Below, piece by piece: positions 30,290 through 41,794 of a DNA stretch of 64,000 nucleotides. This DNA comes from Pelagomonas calceolata. Its lineage: Eukaryota. The position numbers and the translations under genes were made by a program. The notes under the pieces are model-generated. The model searched no databases and was not told the origin of the DNA. It worked only from the letters and a program-made list of their open reading frames with translations. Numbering within the stretch: the stretch's first letter is position 1; each line of letters starts with the position of its first letter. The stretch covers positions 5,208,001 through 5,272,000 of the forward strand of contig CAKKNE010000004.1 in assembly GCA_918797485.1 (NCBI GenBank). Direction: 5' to 3'.

Positions 30290-33200
30290 TTACCCGTTCT
30301 CGAGCTCCACCGAGAGCCCGTCGTACGGCCCGAGCCCGTACATGTTCTCGAGCGTGTCGTCCGCACCGCCGCCGTTGGGGTCGAAGAGCCACGACAAAAA
30401 GTCGTAGAACTGGTACGCGTTGGCAAAATGACCAGCCGTCTGGCCGCCCTTGTTCTGGTGATTCGGGTTGGCGCCCTTCTCGACCAGGAGCTTCGCGATC
30501 TTGACGTTTCCGTTCTGGGCTGCTACGTGTAACATAGTGTTACCGTGTTCGTTCACCTTATTGAGATTGAACGTCTCACGTTCGTAGGCATCGACGTAGG
30601 CGGTACCAAAGTCTTCGACGTAGGGCACCTTGACGATGGCCGGGTCGAACTTCTTCTTGGCAATCGGCGCCAGCGCGTCCTTGAGGCGCGAGACCTTGCC
30701 GTGCCTTACTAAAGCCATGACCTGTGTGGACATCAAATTTACGGCGCGTTCGTCCTGAATCGCCGCGTCGACCTCCACGCCATCGACACCTGCTCGATGG
30801 CGTGGCGAAGTCGGTTCTTCACACAGGCCATTACCTCGTCGAAGTCGAGCGGCTTCTCCTCCTCCTCCGCCGCCTCCTCGCCCTCTGCAGCGCCGGTCTT
30901 CGAGTACTGGTCGAGCGGCGTCGCGCCCGCGGCGGCCACGCCGGTCTGGCCAGTCTGCATGAAGACGCGCATTTGCTTGTTCCTTTCTTGTTCGCTCGCT
31001 CTTAATTTGGTAGTCATGTTCAAAATCTTCTTCCGGTGTAAGCGGTGCTCGATACCTGTGAAAATCAAAATTTTACGGCGCGTTCGTGCTGAATCATCGC
31101 GTCATCCTCCACGCCATCGACGCGTCACCTGCTCGATGGCGTGGCGATGTCGGACACAGCTCAATACCTAACGTATTGCGCAAATCGTCATCGTCCAGAT
31201 CGTAGAGGAACGCGCCGTCGACTGCCGCGTCGACGAAGGCCTCGCGGTATTGGCCCAGCGACAGCGTCTGGAGCCATCTGGCGACGTCGTCAACCGACCA
31301 AGCAGAAACCTTCAACGTTTCCTGTCCTGGCATCTGGCCGGGCTTGAGCGACGGCTTGAAATCCTCGCCGCCGAGCTTGTCCTGGTAGGCCGTGGGCCCG
31401 CCCTCGATGCTCTGGGCCGGACCCGCGCCGCCCCCGCCGCCCATGGCCTGGTTCTGGTGGAGCGCCGCCATGACTGTGTCCTGCGTCGACACCGTGCGCA
31501 TCGCCCGGATCATGTTCAGCGACGAGAAGTAGGTCATGCTCATGGACATGAAGCCGAACTTCATGAGCGTCTCCGTCGACTGCATGAGCTGCGCCGCCTG
31601 CTTCTTCTCCGCCACCGAGGGGCCGGAATAACCGCCGCCGCCGCCTCCGCCCACACCGCCTGCCGTCGCCAAAGCCAGCGCGTTCGCGTCGCCCTTGCGC
31701 GCCTGCTCGAGGAGATCGCCCCGCGCCTCCTGTCGCCGTCTTATCTTGTGCAATTCGCGCTGCTGCTCCTCCAACAAGACGACGAGCTTGCGCTCGAGCG
31801 TCCGCAGTTGCTCCTCCTTGCCCTGGCGCGCATGGTCGAGCGTCGCGAGCTTCCCCTCCAGACCGCCCAGCTTCTCGCGCCGCTCCGCGATCTTCGCCAG
31901 CATCGCGCCGAACTCCCGGTCCAGCCGCATCTTCTGCTCCCTTAATTCATATTTTGCCTCCTCGTCGAGCACGCCGACGGCCTCGGCCTCGATCTTCGAC
32001 AGCTGGTGCATCTCCTTCTCGAGCTGCGCGACGCCCTGCTCGAACTCGGATATCTCCTCGAGCAGCGCCTCGACGCTCTCCTCGGCGGCGACCTTCTCCT
32101 GCGTCAGCAGCGACACCTCGCTCTGGAGCCGGGTCGCGTGGAGTTTGTGCTCCAAAAGCATTTGTCTCCCAAATTCGATGCCCTGCGACTGCGACTTCGA
32201 GAAGAGGAACTTGTGCCTCTCGTTTTGCGCCCGCCGTCTTCCGAGGTGTCCGCGGTACGCGCGCTCGACCGTCCGCGCCGCGTAGGAGCGGTTCCGCAGC
32301 TCGAACGTCGCGTAGCGCGCCGTCACCTGCCGCCAGAGCGTTTGAAGCATTGTGGCCGCCCGGTGCCGCCGCTGCTGCATGCCCTGGACCAGCAGCCGCG
32401 CCAGCAAGCCGCGTGCGGTCCGTTGCATCTGCGCCGCCGCCGCGTGCCTGTGCACAAATCAACCAGTGAGTCGAGTGCACGACGGGAACGCGGTCGTGCT
32501 GACTCGGTCGAGCGGTGAGGAACCGGCACCGCCACGCAGTCGAGCAGGCGTCGCGTCGATGGCGTGGAGGTCGACGCGACGATTCGAAGGCGCCGTGAAA
32601 TTTCATTGATGCACAGCGACGTGCATCGTCTTCAGAAGGGTAAAGAAGCCCCTGCCGCTAAAGCCGCGCCAGGCCCGCTGGATGACGTGCGCCGCCCAGA
32701 TCTGCCGCATCTTCACGAGGAAGGCCTGGCGCCCGCGCCAGCCCCGGTAGGCCCGCTGCAGCATGACCGTCGCGCGCTCCTCGCGCAGCCGCCGCACGAC
32801 GGTCCACGCGAGGTGGTTCCGGAAGCAGGCCTGGATCGTCTTCGCGGCGAACTCGAGGCGCTGGAGCCGCTTCTTGTTCCGTTTCAAGCGCCAGGCCATG
32901 TACTCCTTGACCTCGGGGTACTCCTGCGGGTTCGGGTAGATGTGCGAGCCCTCGCCGGGCTTGTAGACGACGTTGTCCTGGCGCTCGAAGGCCGGGTTCC
33001 GCGGGTCGAGGACCGTCTTGAGCGGCGCGTCGTCGCGGCGCTTCCGCGTCTTCACGGACGCGAGCGGGTCCTCGGCCTCGGCCGCGGCGCGCCGCCGGCC
33101 CAGCGCCGCGCCCGCGCGCTCCGCCGACAGGTTCGAGAAGTGGACCCAGTCCGGGTCCCCGTACGCCGCGTTGTGCCCTATTTTGGAGTCGCGCACCTTG

Positions 33201-36200
33201 CCCAGGACGCTGTCGATGAACTCGTCCTCGAAGTTGCCGTGGCCGACGGACTCGCGCGCCAAATCCGTCGCGAGGGGCGTGTGGCCGACCTGCGGCGTCA
33301 CGACCTCGGCGGACCGCAGCTCCGAGTCCGCCCTGTCGACGGCCGCGGGCCCGTCGGCAAAGTCCGCCGTCACGAAGCTCACGTCGTTGATCTCGTGGTA
33401 GCCCACCAGGAGTTGCTCGAGCAGCACGCTGACCTGCTTCCGCGACTCCTGGAAGAGCTCGTGGCCGGCCTTGACCCAGACGACGCAGGTCTTGCGCGTC
33501 TTCAAGGCCCGGTGGATCGTCGCGCACGCGTCCCGCTGCTGCGCGGGGTCCGACCACGCCTGCGCGTGCGATGGCTTCACGAGCACGCCCTCCGTCGAGT
33601 GCACGGCGATGCAGGGCAGGTCCAGCAAGGACAGCGCGGGCCGCACGTCGTGGCTCCCGAGCGCGCCGACGCACAGCTGCATGCGGCCTTCCGGCGTGAT
33701 CGGGTTGTGGACCGCCGTATATAAGTTGAGCGCTAATGGTGTGGAAACCTTTGTCAGGTAGTCCCTACTGAATAGGAACCTCGACCAAAAATAGACCGGC
33801 AGGTCCGGCCGCGACGGCGGCGCGCAGCTGAAGACGTTCATGGCGTCGTGCAGCGCGCCCGCGAGGTGCGGGTCGACGAAACTAAAGCCGTTGCACAACA
33901 CCAAACCGCGCATCGCCGGCTGCCGGTAGTGCGTCGCGTAGAAGCTCGCCACCGACGCGCCGTAGCCGTAACCCAGCAGGAAGAAGGGCTTCTGGTCGTC
34001 GAACTGCTTCGTGCCCCGATTGCCGGCGTGCGTCAATAATTCCGACAGGCACGACGCCAGGAAGGTGTTGTTCAGGAGCTGCTCCTCGCGCCACTCCGTA
34101 AAGGCCTGGCCCGGGTAGTTCCACAGCAGCACCTGCAGGCCCGGGTAGCGCGCGGCGATGGGCGTCAGCACGATCTTCAATCGTTCAAACGTGTCGAAGA
34201 AGTCGTGGCACACGACCAGATTAAAGGTGGCCTGGTGCTCGCCCGCCTGGGCCGGTCTCCGCCCATCGCTCGACAGCGAAAAGTCCACGACGACATAGGG
34301 CAAGGACGTGTCCGCGTCGAGCTGCAGCACGCCGCCGACCGAGCCGTCGACGGCCGTGAACGACGCCGGCAGGCTCAGGCTCTTGGCCGCGAGCGCCGCG
34401 CTGCCCGTCGCGCCGCCGGCGCCGGCGGCCTCCGCGCGCGCGCCCGAGCGCTTCTCGAGCACGCCCTCGACCTGGCCCGTCGACACCGTGATCTCGATGC
34501 CATCTATCAAATGGCGGCCCCAGTTCTCCTCGTCGACGAGCTGCGACCGCGCGCGCAGCGCCCGCCCAAAGGCCCGCGCGGCCTCGTCGCTCTCGAAGCC
34601 CGTGGCTCTTAAACTCAGGATGGCCGAGCCCGCCGTGACCTCGAGGATCTCCACCCTGTCAACTCCCAAACCCAGCTGCGTCGCCGCTTCCGCACAAAAG
34701 GCGTTGCGCGTCCCCTGGTCGAAGTCGTCCGGCTCGAGGCCCGTCAGCCGCACGCTCCAGGACACAAAGGCCGCGTTCGACCCGCGGTCCCTCGCCGGCT
34801 CGCCGTGCGCCGGCTGGGCCCCGCGCTTCGGCTGCGCGAGGTCGCCGAGGAGCTGGCGCCCGTGGCGCGGCACCGCGGCGCGCAGCGTGGATAATAAAGC
34901 CGCCTTCTGCAGCGGCCGCGAGATGCAGCCGTCGAGGCCCGCCGCCTTGTAGGCCCGCAGGTCCTCGGGCGCCGTGCGCGCGCTCAGGACGACGACCGGC
35001 AGGTGGATGAACGTCCCCGGCTTGAGGCGGTCGTTGTCGTCGTTCATGCCCCCGGGCTTGGCCGCCGCGCGCTTGGCCTTGGCGACCTGCTTCGCCGACT
35101 CGCGCTTGCGTCTTTGCTTCTCGAGGTCGCGCACCTCGCCCACGACGTCGAACGCATCACCTAAATCCAGGACGTCGCTCACGAGGATGGCATCGTACTG
35201 CCAGCCCGGCGCCGCGTCGACGCCGTGCGCCGCCGCCAGCATCTCCCGCGCGTGCTGCACGTCGAGCTCCACGTCCACGACAAAGCCCGCGCCTTCCAAC
35301 GTCTCGACGCAGTCCGGCAGGTCCGCCGAGCCCCGGGCTTCCACCACGAGCACGCGCCCGAAATACAAATCCGAGCTCTCGCAGCCCTCCTCTCTCGCCA
35401 GCTTCAGCTGCGCCGCCCGCGACCGCGCGAGCGCCGCCGCGCGCGCCTCGGCCTTGCGCGCCGCGGCGTCGGACGTGCCCCGCAAATATTCGTCGAGCTT
35501 CTCGAACTTTTCGTTCTGGTTCTGGTCGAGCACCGACGCCGGCGCGTCGGCGCCGTAGAGCTCGGCCTCGGGCAGCCGGCCCTTCCAGGACTTGTGGTTC
35601 TTGACGGGCGGCGGCCGCTTGACCTGCTGCGGCGCCTCCACGACGCGAGTTTCCGCGGCCGCGGCGGGCGTGCCCACCCGCCGCGCCAGCGCGTCGCGGA
35701 AGCCCGTCGCCGCGTCCGGCTGATCCGGCTCCTCGGCGAACTGGACGAGCGCGCGCCGCTCCGCGCGCGCCTTCTTCCGGGCCTCGGCCTCGTCCGCAGA
35801 AGCGTCCTTGGCGAGGATCTCGCGTCCCTTGTCCAGCAGCGCGTACATCGAGGCGCAGTGCGCGCAGACGCGGCACCGTTTATACATGTTCGCCGTGCCG
35901 CCCTCGAGCTCGCCCCGCTGCGCCCGCCAGTCGCGCCGCGCGCGCGACGCGTCCGTGTCGGCCGTCAGCCCCTGGGCCTGGTTCTCGCGCCGGCGCGCGC
36001 GCCGCCGCTCGACGCCCGCGGCGCTCTCGGACTCCCGCGGGACCATATCGTCGTCGTCCGACGGTTCCTCGACGTCCTCGCGCGCGAGCGCGATCGCGTC
36101 CGCGAGCTGTTGGTCGGACGGGTCCTCGGGGAAGCGCATCCACTCCGGGAGCTCGTCGTCGTCCCGCCGCTCCTGGCCCTCCTTGAAGCCGCGCTTCTCC

Positions 36201-37387
36201 CTTCCAGCCAAGTAGATGGACCGGAACGCGACTTCTGTGGTAGGCCCCTCGGCGTACGTGTCCCGGACCAGGCTCCGCAGCGCGTCGACGTCGCTCCCCG
36301 TGAAGGCGCGCATCTCCTCCTCCGTGAAGAGCTGCTTCGGGTCGTGGATCTGCACGTGGCAGTAGTCGCCGACGCAGCGCTGGTTCTTGGGAATCTCCGG
36401 CGACTTGGGCGTGGCGCTGCCGAACTTGACGCTCCACTGCCGGGCCTCGTCCTCGGACGTGACGGGCGCGCCCGCTTTCAACTCGTCGCGCTTGCGGCGG
36501 CGCTCGCCTCGGCTCGTGGTGTCGACGCGGCTCGTCACGTCCATGACCTGCTCGAGCGCGGCGCCGTCTACTATGGAAGGCGCCGTGGCCTTGTCCGTCG
36601 GCCGCGACGACGCCGGTCGCACCTCCACCGGGATGTGCGTACAGTCGCCGAGCCAGACGAGCCAGAGCTGGTTCCGGCCGTCGACGACGTAGTCCGCGGT
36701 GAGCTTGGCGACGCGGCAGTGCTGCGTCTTCTCGAGGAAGCGCACGAGGGACCGCGTGGCTGCGTCGAGCGTCTCGTTGAGCGTCGTCGCGCGGCTCTTG
36801 CCGTAGGCCCGCAGGCGCTTCCCCGGCACGTTTATGCACTTCTCGCCGTCGGGGCCGTCGACGAAGGCCGGGCCGTCGGCGCCGTGCTGCGAGAACTTCG
36901 AGTCGTCGGGGCGCGTCGGCACGACGACGGTCGCGGTCTTGATGCGCCCCGTGCCCTGGGGCCGCTCGTAGGCGTTCCTGTAATAATTGCCGTGCACGTA
37001 GGCCTGAATCCCGACGACGTCCGGCTCCGCGGGCAGCGCGCCGCCGAGCTTCGCGAAGCCGCGCTCGCCCAGGAACTTGAAGCCGCCGTCGGCCCGGCGC
37101 ACGCAGCAGACGAAGCCCTCGGGGTTGCCGTCGCCCATGAGCCCGAGGCGCACGAAGCGCTCCTGGATCATCTTCGCCTGCTGGGCGGGGCTCGTCCTCT
37201 TCTTGCGCTGGACCTCGCCTCTTTTGGAAGTGAAGAGCCAGCGGCCGTCCTCGTCGTCCTTGACGAGCGTGTCGGCGACCGTCGCCGTGCAGCGCTCGCG
37301 GTACGTCGCGTTGTGGAGGCCGAGCATGGCCCAGGGCGAAGCCATCATTTGCGGGTTCGCGCCCGAGGCGTCGGCGCCGTCACTCAT
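30290..37387 (-). CDS. Large multidomain protein (pseudo-receiver, alpha/beta-hydrolase fold, IQ motifs, coiled coil, SAM, ankyrin); exons 37387-32625, 32447-31168, 31055-30835, 30721-30290
   Basis: Four ORFs join in frame after removing three introners (2231 aa); WNYPGQAFT, LQRAYRGWRGR, WSVDDVARWLQTLSLGQY, GNTMLHVAAQNG. Confidence 0.85.
30722..30826 (-). mobile_element. Introner copy 7; intron 30834-30722 GT-AG
   Basis: TSD GCCATGAC (30714-30721) / GCCATTAC (30827-30834); splice restores DFDE VMALVRHG. Confidence 0.93.
31056..31159 (-). mobile_element. Introner copy 8; intron 31167-31056 GT-AG
   Basis: TSD CTCGATAC / CTCAATAC; splice restores SAM domain LRNTLGIEHRLHRKKIL. Confidence 0.93.
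32448..32616 (-). mobile_element. Introner copy 9; intron 32624-32448 GC-AG
   Basis: TSD CCGCGTGC / CGACGTGC; diverged TIRs; splice gives LKTM HAAAAQMQ. Confidence 0.9.
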
Positions 37388-37833
37388 TGTTATTGGCTGC
37401 CCAGGAGCCGCTGGGGACACCAGCTCACGGCGGCCACGGCCGAGCCTCCCGGCGCTGCAGTGCCTTTTCCAGCCGTCGCAGCAATGGCCGCGCGGCGTGA
37501 CCCGGCCGCAGGGTGTCGCCGGGCTGCGCAGGAGCCTCGTCGAGCTCAGCGCCGCTGCCCCAGCCCCAAGCCATGGGCGCTAGTAGGGAGTCTGCTAGTG
37601 CCTGGTGATTCCGGTCGTTCGCGGCGACGACGTCGTCCGTGGGATTGCTGGCCCGGGCCATGCCACCCCAACGGCTCTCTGATCAACCCACTAGGCGGCA
37701 CCTCTGTGGGCAGCAATGGAGCTCGCAAATGGGGCGAGACGAGCAGCAAAGTGCTGCCCTTTCCGATGACGGCTGGGCTGCTGCAGCCCGCGGTCATCAT
37801 GCTGCGTAGTAGCAACTCGTAAAAAGAGTTATC

Positions 37834-40257
37834 ATGCGCAGCTACACCGTGCTGCTAGCCGTGCTCATCACAGCAGCCCAGGCCCAAGACGAGCCGCTGC
37901 CGCCGACCGGTTTGCCGCTCCTCGACGACGCGGTGGAGCAGTGTTCGCACAGTGGCGCGCTCGAATGCTACGCGCTGCTCGCGGAGGTCGCGGAGAGGCT
38001 GCCCGGCGAGGCGTGGCCGCAGTTTTATCTCGGGTTGGTGCTGCACCAGGGCGGCATCGACGCGGCGGAAGCGACGCGCGCCTACGAGCGGGCGCTGGCC
38101 CTCGACCCGGGGCACGTGGACGCGCTCTGCAACCTGGGCAAGATGCGCAGCGACGCGGTGCGCGCCGAGGGGCCGTCCGACGCCGCCGTGGCGCTGTGGA
38201 CGCGGGCCCTGGAGATCGACCCGCGGCACCGCATGGCGCGCGTGAACCTGGCGCTGGACCTGCACCGGCGGGGGCGCTTCGACGCGGCGACGGTCCACTG
38301 GGACGAGCTTTTGAGGAGGCACCCGGCGGACCCCGAGGTCCTCTACAACGCGGGCGTGACGCGCGCGCACCGCGGCGAGGTCCCCGTCGCCGCGGACCTG
38401 TACCAGGCCTGCCTCGAGCGCGCGCCGGACCACGTCGAGGCGCGGATCAACCTGGCGGCGCTCTACCACAAGCACGGCACGCCGCGCGACGCCGTCGAGC
38501 ACTACCGCCGGGCCCTGGACTCGCTGCGCCGCGTCGGCCCCGCGCTCGGCGAGGACGGCGACCCGGCCGACGCGGAGACGATGATCCACGGCAACCTGGG
38601 CGTCGCGCTGACGCAGCTCGGCGAGGGCGACGAGGCCGTCGCGGCGCACGCCGCGGGCCTGCGCATCGCCGAGGCGCGCGGCATGGTCGACGCGGCCGAC
38701 CAGGCCCGCACGCACCTGCTCAAGGCGCGCGTCCCGCACTGCGACTGGGTCGCCCGCGAGGCCATGCTCGCGGAGATCCTGGACGTCGACCGCCGCCGCA
38801 TGGACCGCGGCGAGCGGCCCGCGCTGCTACCCTTCGACACGCTGCTCGTCGACATGCCTCCGCGCGCGCGCATGCGGCACGCCGTCTACACGTCCCGGGC
38901 CCTGGAGCACTACGGCGACCTGCTGCCGCCGCCGGCGCCGAGCGAACCCAACGGGACGCTGCGCGTCGCCTACATGTGCTACGACTTCAACGACCACCCG
39001 ACGGCGCACCTCGTCGAGGGCCTCTTCCGCTGGCACCGGCGCTTCAAGGACGCGTTCCGGTCGGCGCGGGGCCCGCGGGCGCTCGAGGCCGTCGCGGCGC
39101 TGGGCTACGGCAAGGACGACCACTCCGACTACCGGGACGCGATCGCGGCCGACGCCGACGCGTTCATCAACGACCTGGCGCTGCTGGGCCACGTCGACGC
39201 CGTCGTCGCGAGCCGCGACTTCGGCGCGCAGATCGTCGTGGACCTCCAGGGGCACACGCTGGGGACGCGCATGGAGCTCTGCATGGCGCGCGTCGCGCCC
39301 GTGCAGCTGGCCTACCTCATCTACCCGGGCACGTCCGGCGCGTCGTGCCTCGACGGCGCGGTCGTCGATCCGATCGTCGTGCCGCCCGAGGCGGCGCGCG
39401 TCTACACCGAGCGGCTCGTCTACCTGCCGGGCACGTACCAGGTGAACGACTACGAGCGCCACGCGGCCGTCGCCACGTACGCGGCGGCGCCCGACGCCCG
39501 CGCGGCGCACGGCCTGCCGCCGAGGCCCTTCGTCGTCTTCTGCAACTTCAACAAGGTGGACAAGCTCGACCCCGCGTCCTTCGGCCTGTGGATGAACGTC
39601 CTGCGCCGCGCGCCCGGCTCGGTCCTGTGGCTGCTCCGGCCCAAGGGCCGCCAGTTCGACCACGTCGCGGCGAACCTCGAGGCGGAGGCGGCGGCGCGGG
39701 GCGTGCACCCGGCGCGGCTGGTCTGGGCGGACCGGGTCCCGAAGGCCGAGCACCTGCGGCGCCACGCGGCCGCCGATCTCCTGCTGGACACGCTCATCTA
39801 CGGCGCGCACTCCACGGCGACGGACGCCCTGCGCGGCGGGCTGCCGCTCCTGACGGTGCGGGGCGAGCAGTTCCCGCAGCGCGTGGGCGCGTCCCTGCTG
39901 AGCGCGGTCGGGGCGAATCAGGAGCTACTCGCCGTCGACAGCCTGCGGGACTTTGAGGACCTCGCGGTCTCGCTCGCGGGGACGCGGCGCCTGCGGGCGC
40001 TGCGGGCGCGGCTCGCCGACGAGGGCCGCGCGTCCCGGCTCTTCGACACGCGCGCCTTCACGCGCGACCTCGAGCGGGCCTTCCACGCGGTCTGGGAGGG
40101 CCACGCGCTCGCGGGGAGGCTCGCGCACCACGTCGTGGTGCTGGAGGACGTCCTTCCGGAGCCGGCGTTGAAGCCGTTTCACGGCGGGCCGCTGCCGAGC
40201 TTCGAGAGCGTGTTGCCGGGGGCTTGGGCGTCAACTGGGGATGTGGGGGTGCGGTGA
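37834..40257 (+). CDS. TPR + GT41 O-GlcNAc transferase-like protein with N-terminal signal peptide
   Basis: LRVAYMCYDFNDHPTAHL, VDLQGHT, APVQLAYLIYPGTSG, FCNFNKVDKLD, DLLLDT..YGAHSTATDAL..GLP, RVGASLL. Confidence 0.9.
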   Translation: MRSYTVLLAVLITAAQAQDEPLPPTGLPLLDDAVEQCSHSGALECYALLAEVAERLPGEAWPQFYLGLVLHQGGIDAAEATRAYERALALDPGHVDALCNLGKMRSDAVRAEGPSDAAVALWTRALEIDPRHRMARVNLALDLHRRGRFDAATVHWDELLRRHPADPEVLYNAGVTRAHRGEVPVAADLYQACLERAPDHVEARINLAALYHKHGTPRDAVEHYRRALDSLRRVGPALGEDGDPADAETMIHGNLGVALTQLGEGDEAVAAHAAGLRIAEARGMVDAADQARTHLLKARVPHCDWVAREAMLAEILDVDRRRMDRGERPALLPFDTLLVDMPPRARMRHAVYTSRALEHYGDLLPPPAPSEPNGTLRVAYMCYDFNDHPTAHLVEGLFRWHRRFKDAFRSARGPRALEAVAALGYGKDDHSDYRDAIAADADAFINDLALLGHVDAVVASRDFGAQIVVDLQGHTLGTRMELCMARVAPVQLAYLIYPGTSGASCLDGAVVDPIVVPPEAARVYTERLVYLPGTYQVNDYERHAAVATYAAAPDARAAHGLPPRPFVVFCNFNKVDKLDPASFGLWMNVLRRAPGSVLWLLRPKGRQFDHVAANLEAEAAARGVHPARLVWADRVPKAEHLRRHAAADLLLDTLIYGAHSTATDALRGGLPLLTVRGEQFPQRVGASLLSAVGANQELLAVDSLRDFEDLAVSLAGTRRLRALRARLADEGRASRLFDTRAFTRDLERAFHAVWEGHALAGRLAHHVVVLEDVLPEPALKPFHGGPLPSFESVLPGAWASTGDVGVR

Positions 40258-40296
40258 TTTAAGTATTTTTATTGTGATGTAGAATCACTGAGGCTG

Positions 40297-40364
40297 AGGC
40301 TGAGGCTAGTTACGTCGCAGGGTTCCCCGTACCCCTCCCGCTCCCCCCGGGCCCACCCGTCCGG
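40297..40364 (-). repeat. G-rich dispersed intergenic repeat, copy B
   Basis: Reverse complement matches 11067-11130 apart from one short indel and two substitutions. Confidence 0.85.
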
Positions 40365-40377
40365 CTGGATCACAAAT

Positions 40378-40399
40378 CTAGTGTGTTGATCACGCTAGC
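40378..40399 (+). promoter_or_regulatory. Variant upstream motif CTAGTGTGTTGATCACGCTAGC
   Basis: About 240 bp upstream of ATG 40641. Confidence 0.4.
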
Positions 40400-40640
40400 T
40401 GCCGCTTTTTTCAGCCGCCGGCCCAGCTCCGCGTGGCCTACCTACGCCCTCCTGATCGGCAGCGCTACGAGGATAGTCTCTTCCCTTCAGATAGTCGCTG
40501 TGCCCCGCTCCCGGAGTCGCCAAAAATCTGCTCTAGAGCATCTCAGAGCAAATTCCACGGCAAACCCTTGGACGCGTTGCGAGGTCGCCAGCACTACATT
40601 AATTCTTAATCGGCTTATCACGCCAGCGCAAGCTCGCGCA

Positions 40641-41783
40641 ATGTCGAACATCGCAGTCAAGAGAATCCACTGCGACGTCCGGGAGCTGAACCGGAACCCC
40701 AGCCGCCAGTACTCGGCGGCGCCGCTCGAGGACAACCTCTTCGAGTGGCACTTCACGCTGCGGGGGCCGCAGGGCAGCGACTTCCAGGGCGGGTTGTATC
40801 ACGGCCGCATCCTGCTGCCGCCGCAGTGGCCCATGAAGCCGCCGTCGATCATGTTTCTCAATGCCAGCGGCCGCTTCGAGGTCGGCAAAAAAGTCTGTCT
40901 GAGCGCGACGAGCTTCCACCCGGAACACTGGCAGCCGGCCTGGGGCATCCGGACGATCCTCGAAGCTCTAGTAGCCTTCTTCCCGACGCCGGCCGACGGC
41001 GCGCTCGGCGCGCTGCAGTGGCGGCCCGACGAGCGCCGCAAGCTCGCGCTGGAGTCGCAGACGTGGCGGTGCCCCTGCTGCGGGCCCATCGCGGAGCTCG
41101 TCGAGGGCGGCGCCGACGAGCGCGTCCTCGCCGACGGCGAGACGGCGTCCGCGGCCTTCGACGCGCCGGTCCTGCCCTGGGACGAGGGGCGCGCGGCCGC
41201 GCCCGCCGCCGCGCCGGCGCCCGCCGCGGCCGCGCCGGCCGCCGCGCCGGCCGCCGACGACGCGGTGCGGGAGGTCGTGCCGCCGACGCCGGACCCCGCG
41301 CCCGCCGCGCCCGCCGCGCCGGCCGCCGAGGAAACGAAAAGCGAGCCTGCCGCCGCCGAGGAGGCGAAGGCTCCGGAGCCCGCGGTCGCGCCGGCCGACG
41401 AATCCTTGAAAGTGCACGTCGAACTGAATGGCGTGCAGGTGTACTTCAAGATCAAGCGGACGACGCGGATGCAAAAGGTTTTTAGCGCCTTAGCCACGCG
41501 ACAGGGCGTGGACGTAACGTCGCTCCGCGTTGCGTTCCGGGGCGCGCGCGTCGGCGGCCTCGACACCGCCGACATTGTCGGCCTGCGCGACGGCGACCGG
41601 CTCGACGCCGAGGTCATAGAGCCGGAGCCGGAGCCGGCGCCGCCCGTCGCGCCGCCGCCACCAGCGCGCGACGCGGCGCCCGCGACGCCCGTGCCGGCGG
41701 ACCTCCTGATCGTGGACAGCCTCATCGCCGTCGTGAGCGTCGCGCTCGTCGCCGTCGTCGCCCACAAGTATCTAGCTGCGTAA
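40641..41783 (+). CDS. Ubiquitin-conjugating enzyme UBE2J1/Ubc6-like, tail-anchored, with internal SUMO-like domain
   Basis: PLEDNLFEWHFT, GGLYHGRI, PMKPPSI, SGRFEVGKKVCLS, HPEHWQPAW; C-terminal TM. Confidence 0.9.
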   Translation: MSNIAVKRIHCDVRELNRNPSRQYSAAPLEDNLFEWHFTLRGPQGSDFQGGLYHGRILLPPQWPMKPPSIMFLNASGRFEVGKKVCLSATSFHPEHWQPAWGIRTILEALVAFFPTPADGALGALQWRPDERRKLALESQTWRCPCCGPIAELVEGGADERVLADGETASAAFDAPVLPWDEGRAAAPAAAPAPAAAAPAAAPAADDAVREVVPPTPDPAPAAPAAPAAEETKSEPAAAEEAKAPEPAVAPADESLKVHVELNGVQVYFKIKRTTRMQKVFSALATRQGVDVTSLRVAFRGARVGGLDTADIVGLRDGDRLDAEVIEPEPEPAPPVAPPPPARDAAPATPVPADLLIVDSLIAVVSVALVAVVAHKYLAA

Positions 41784-41794
41784 CAAGTACATTC

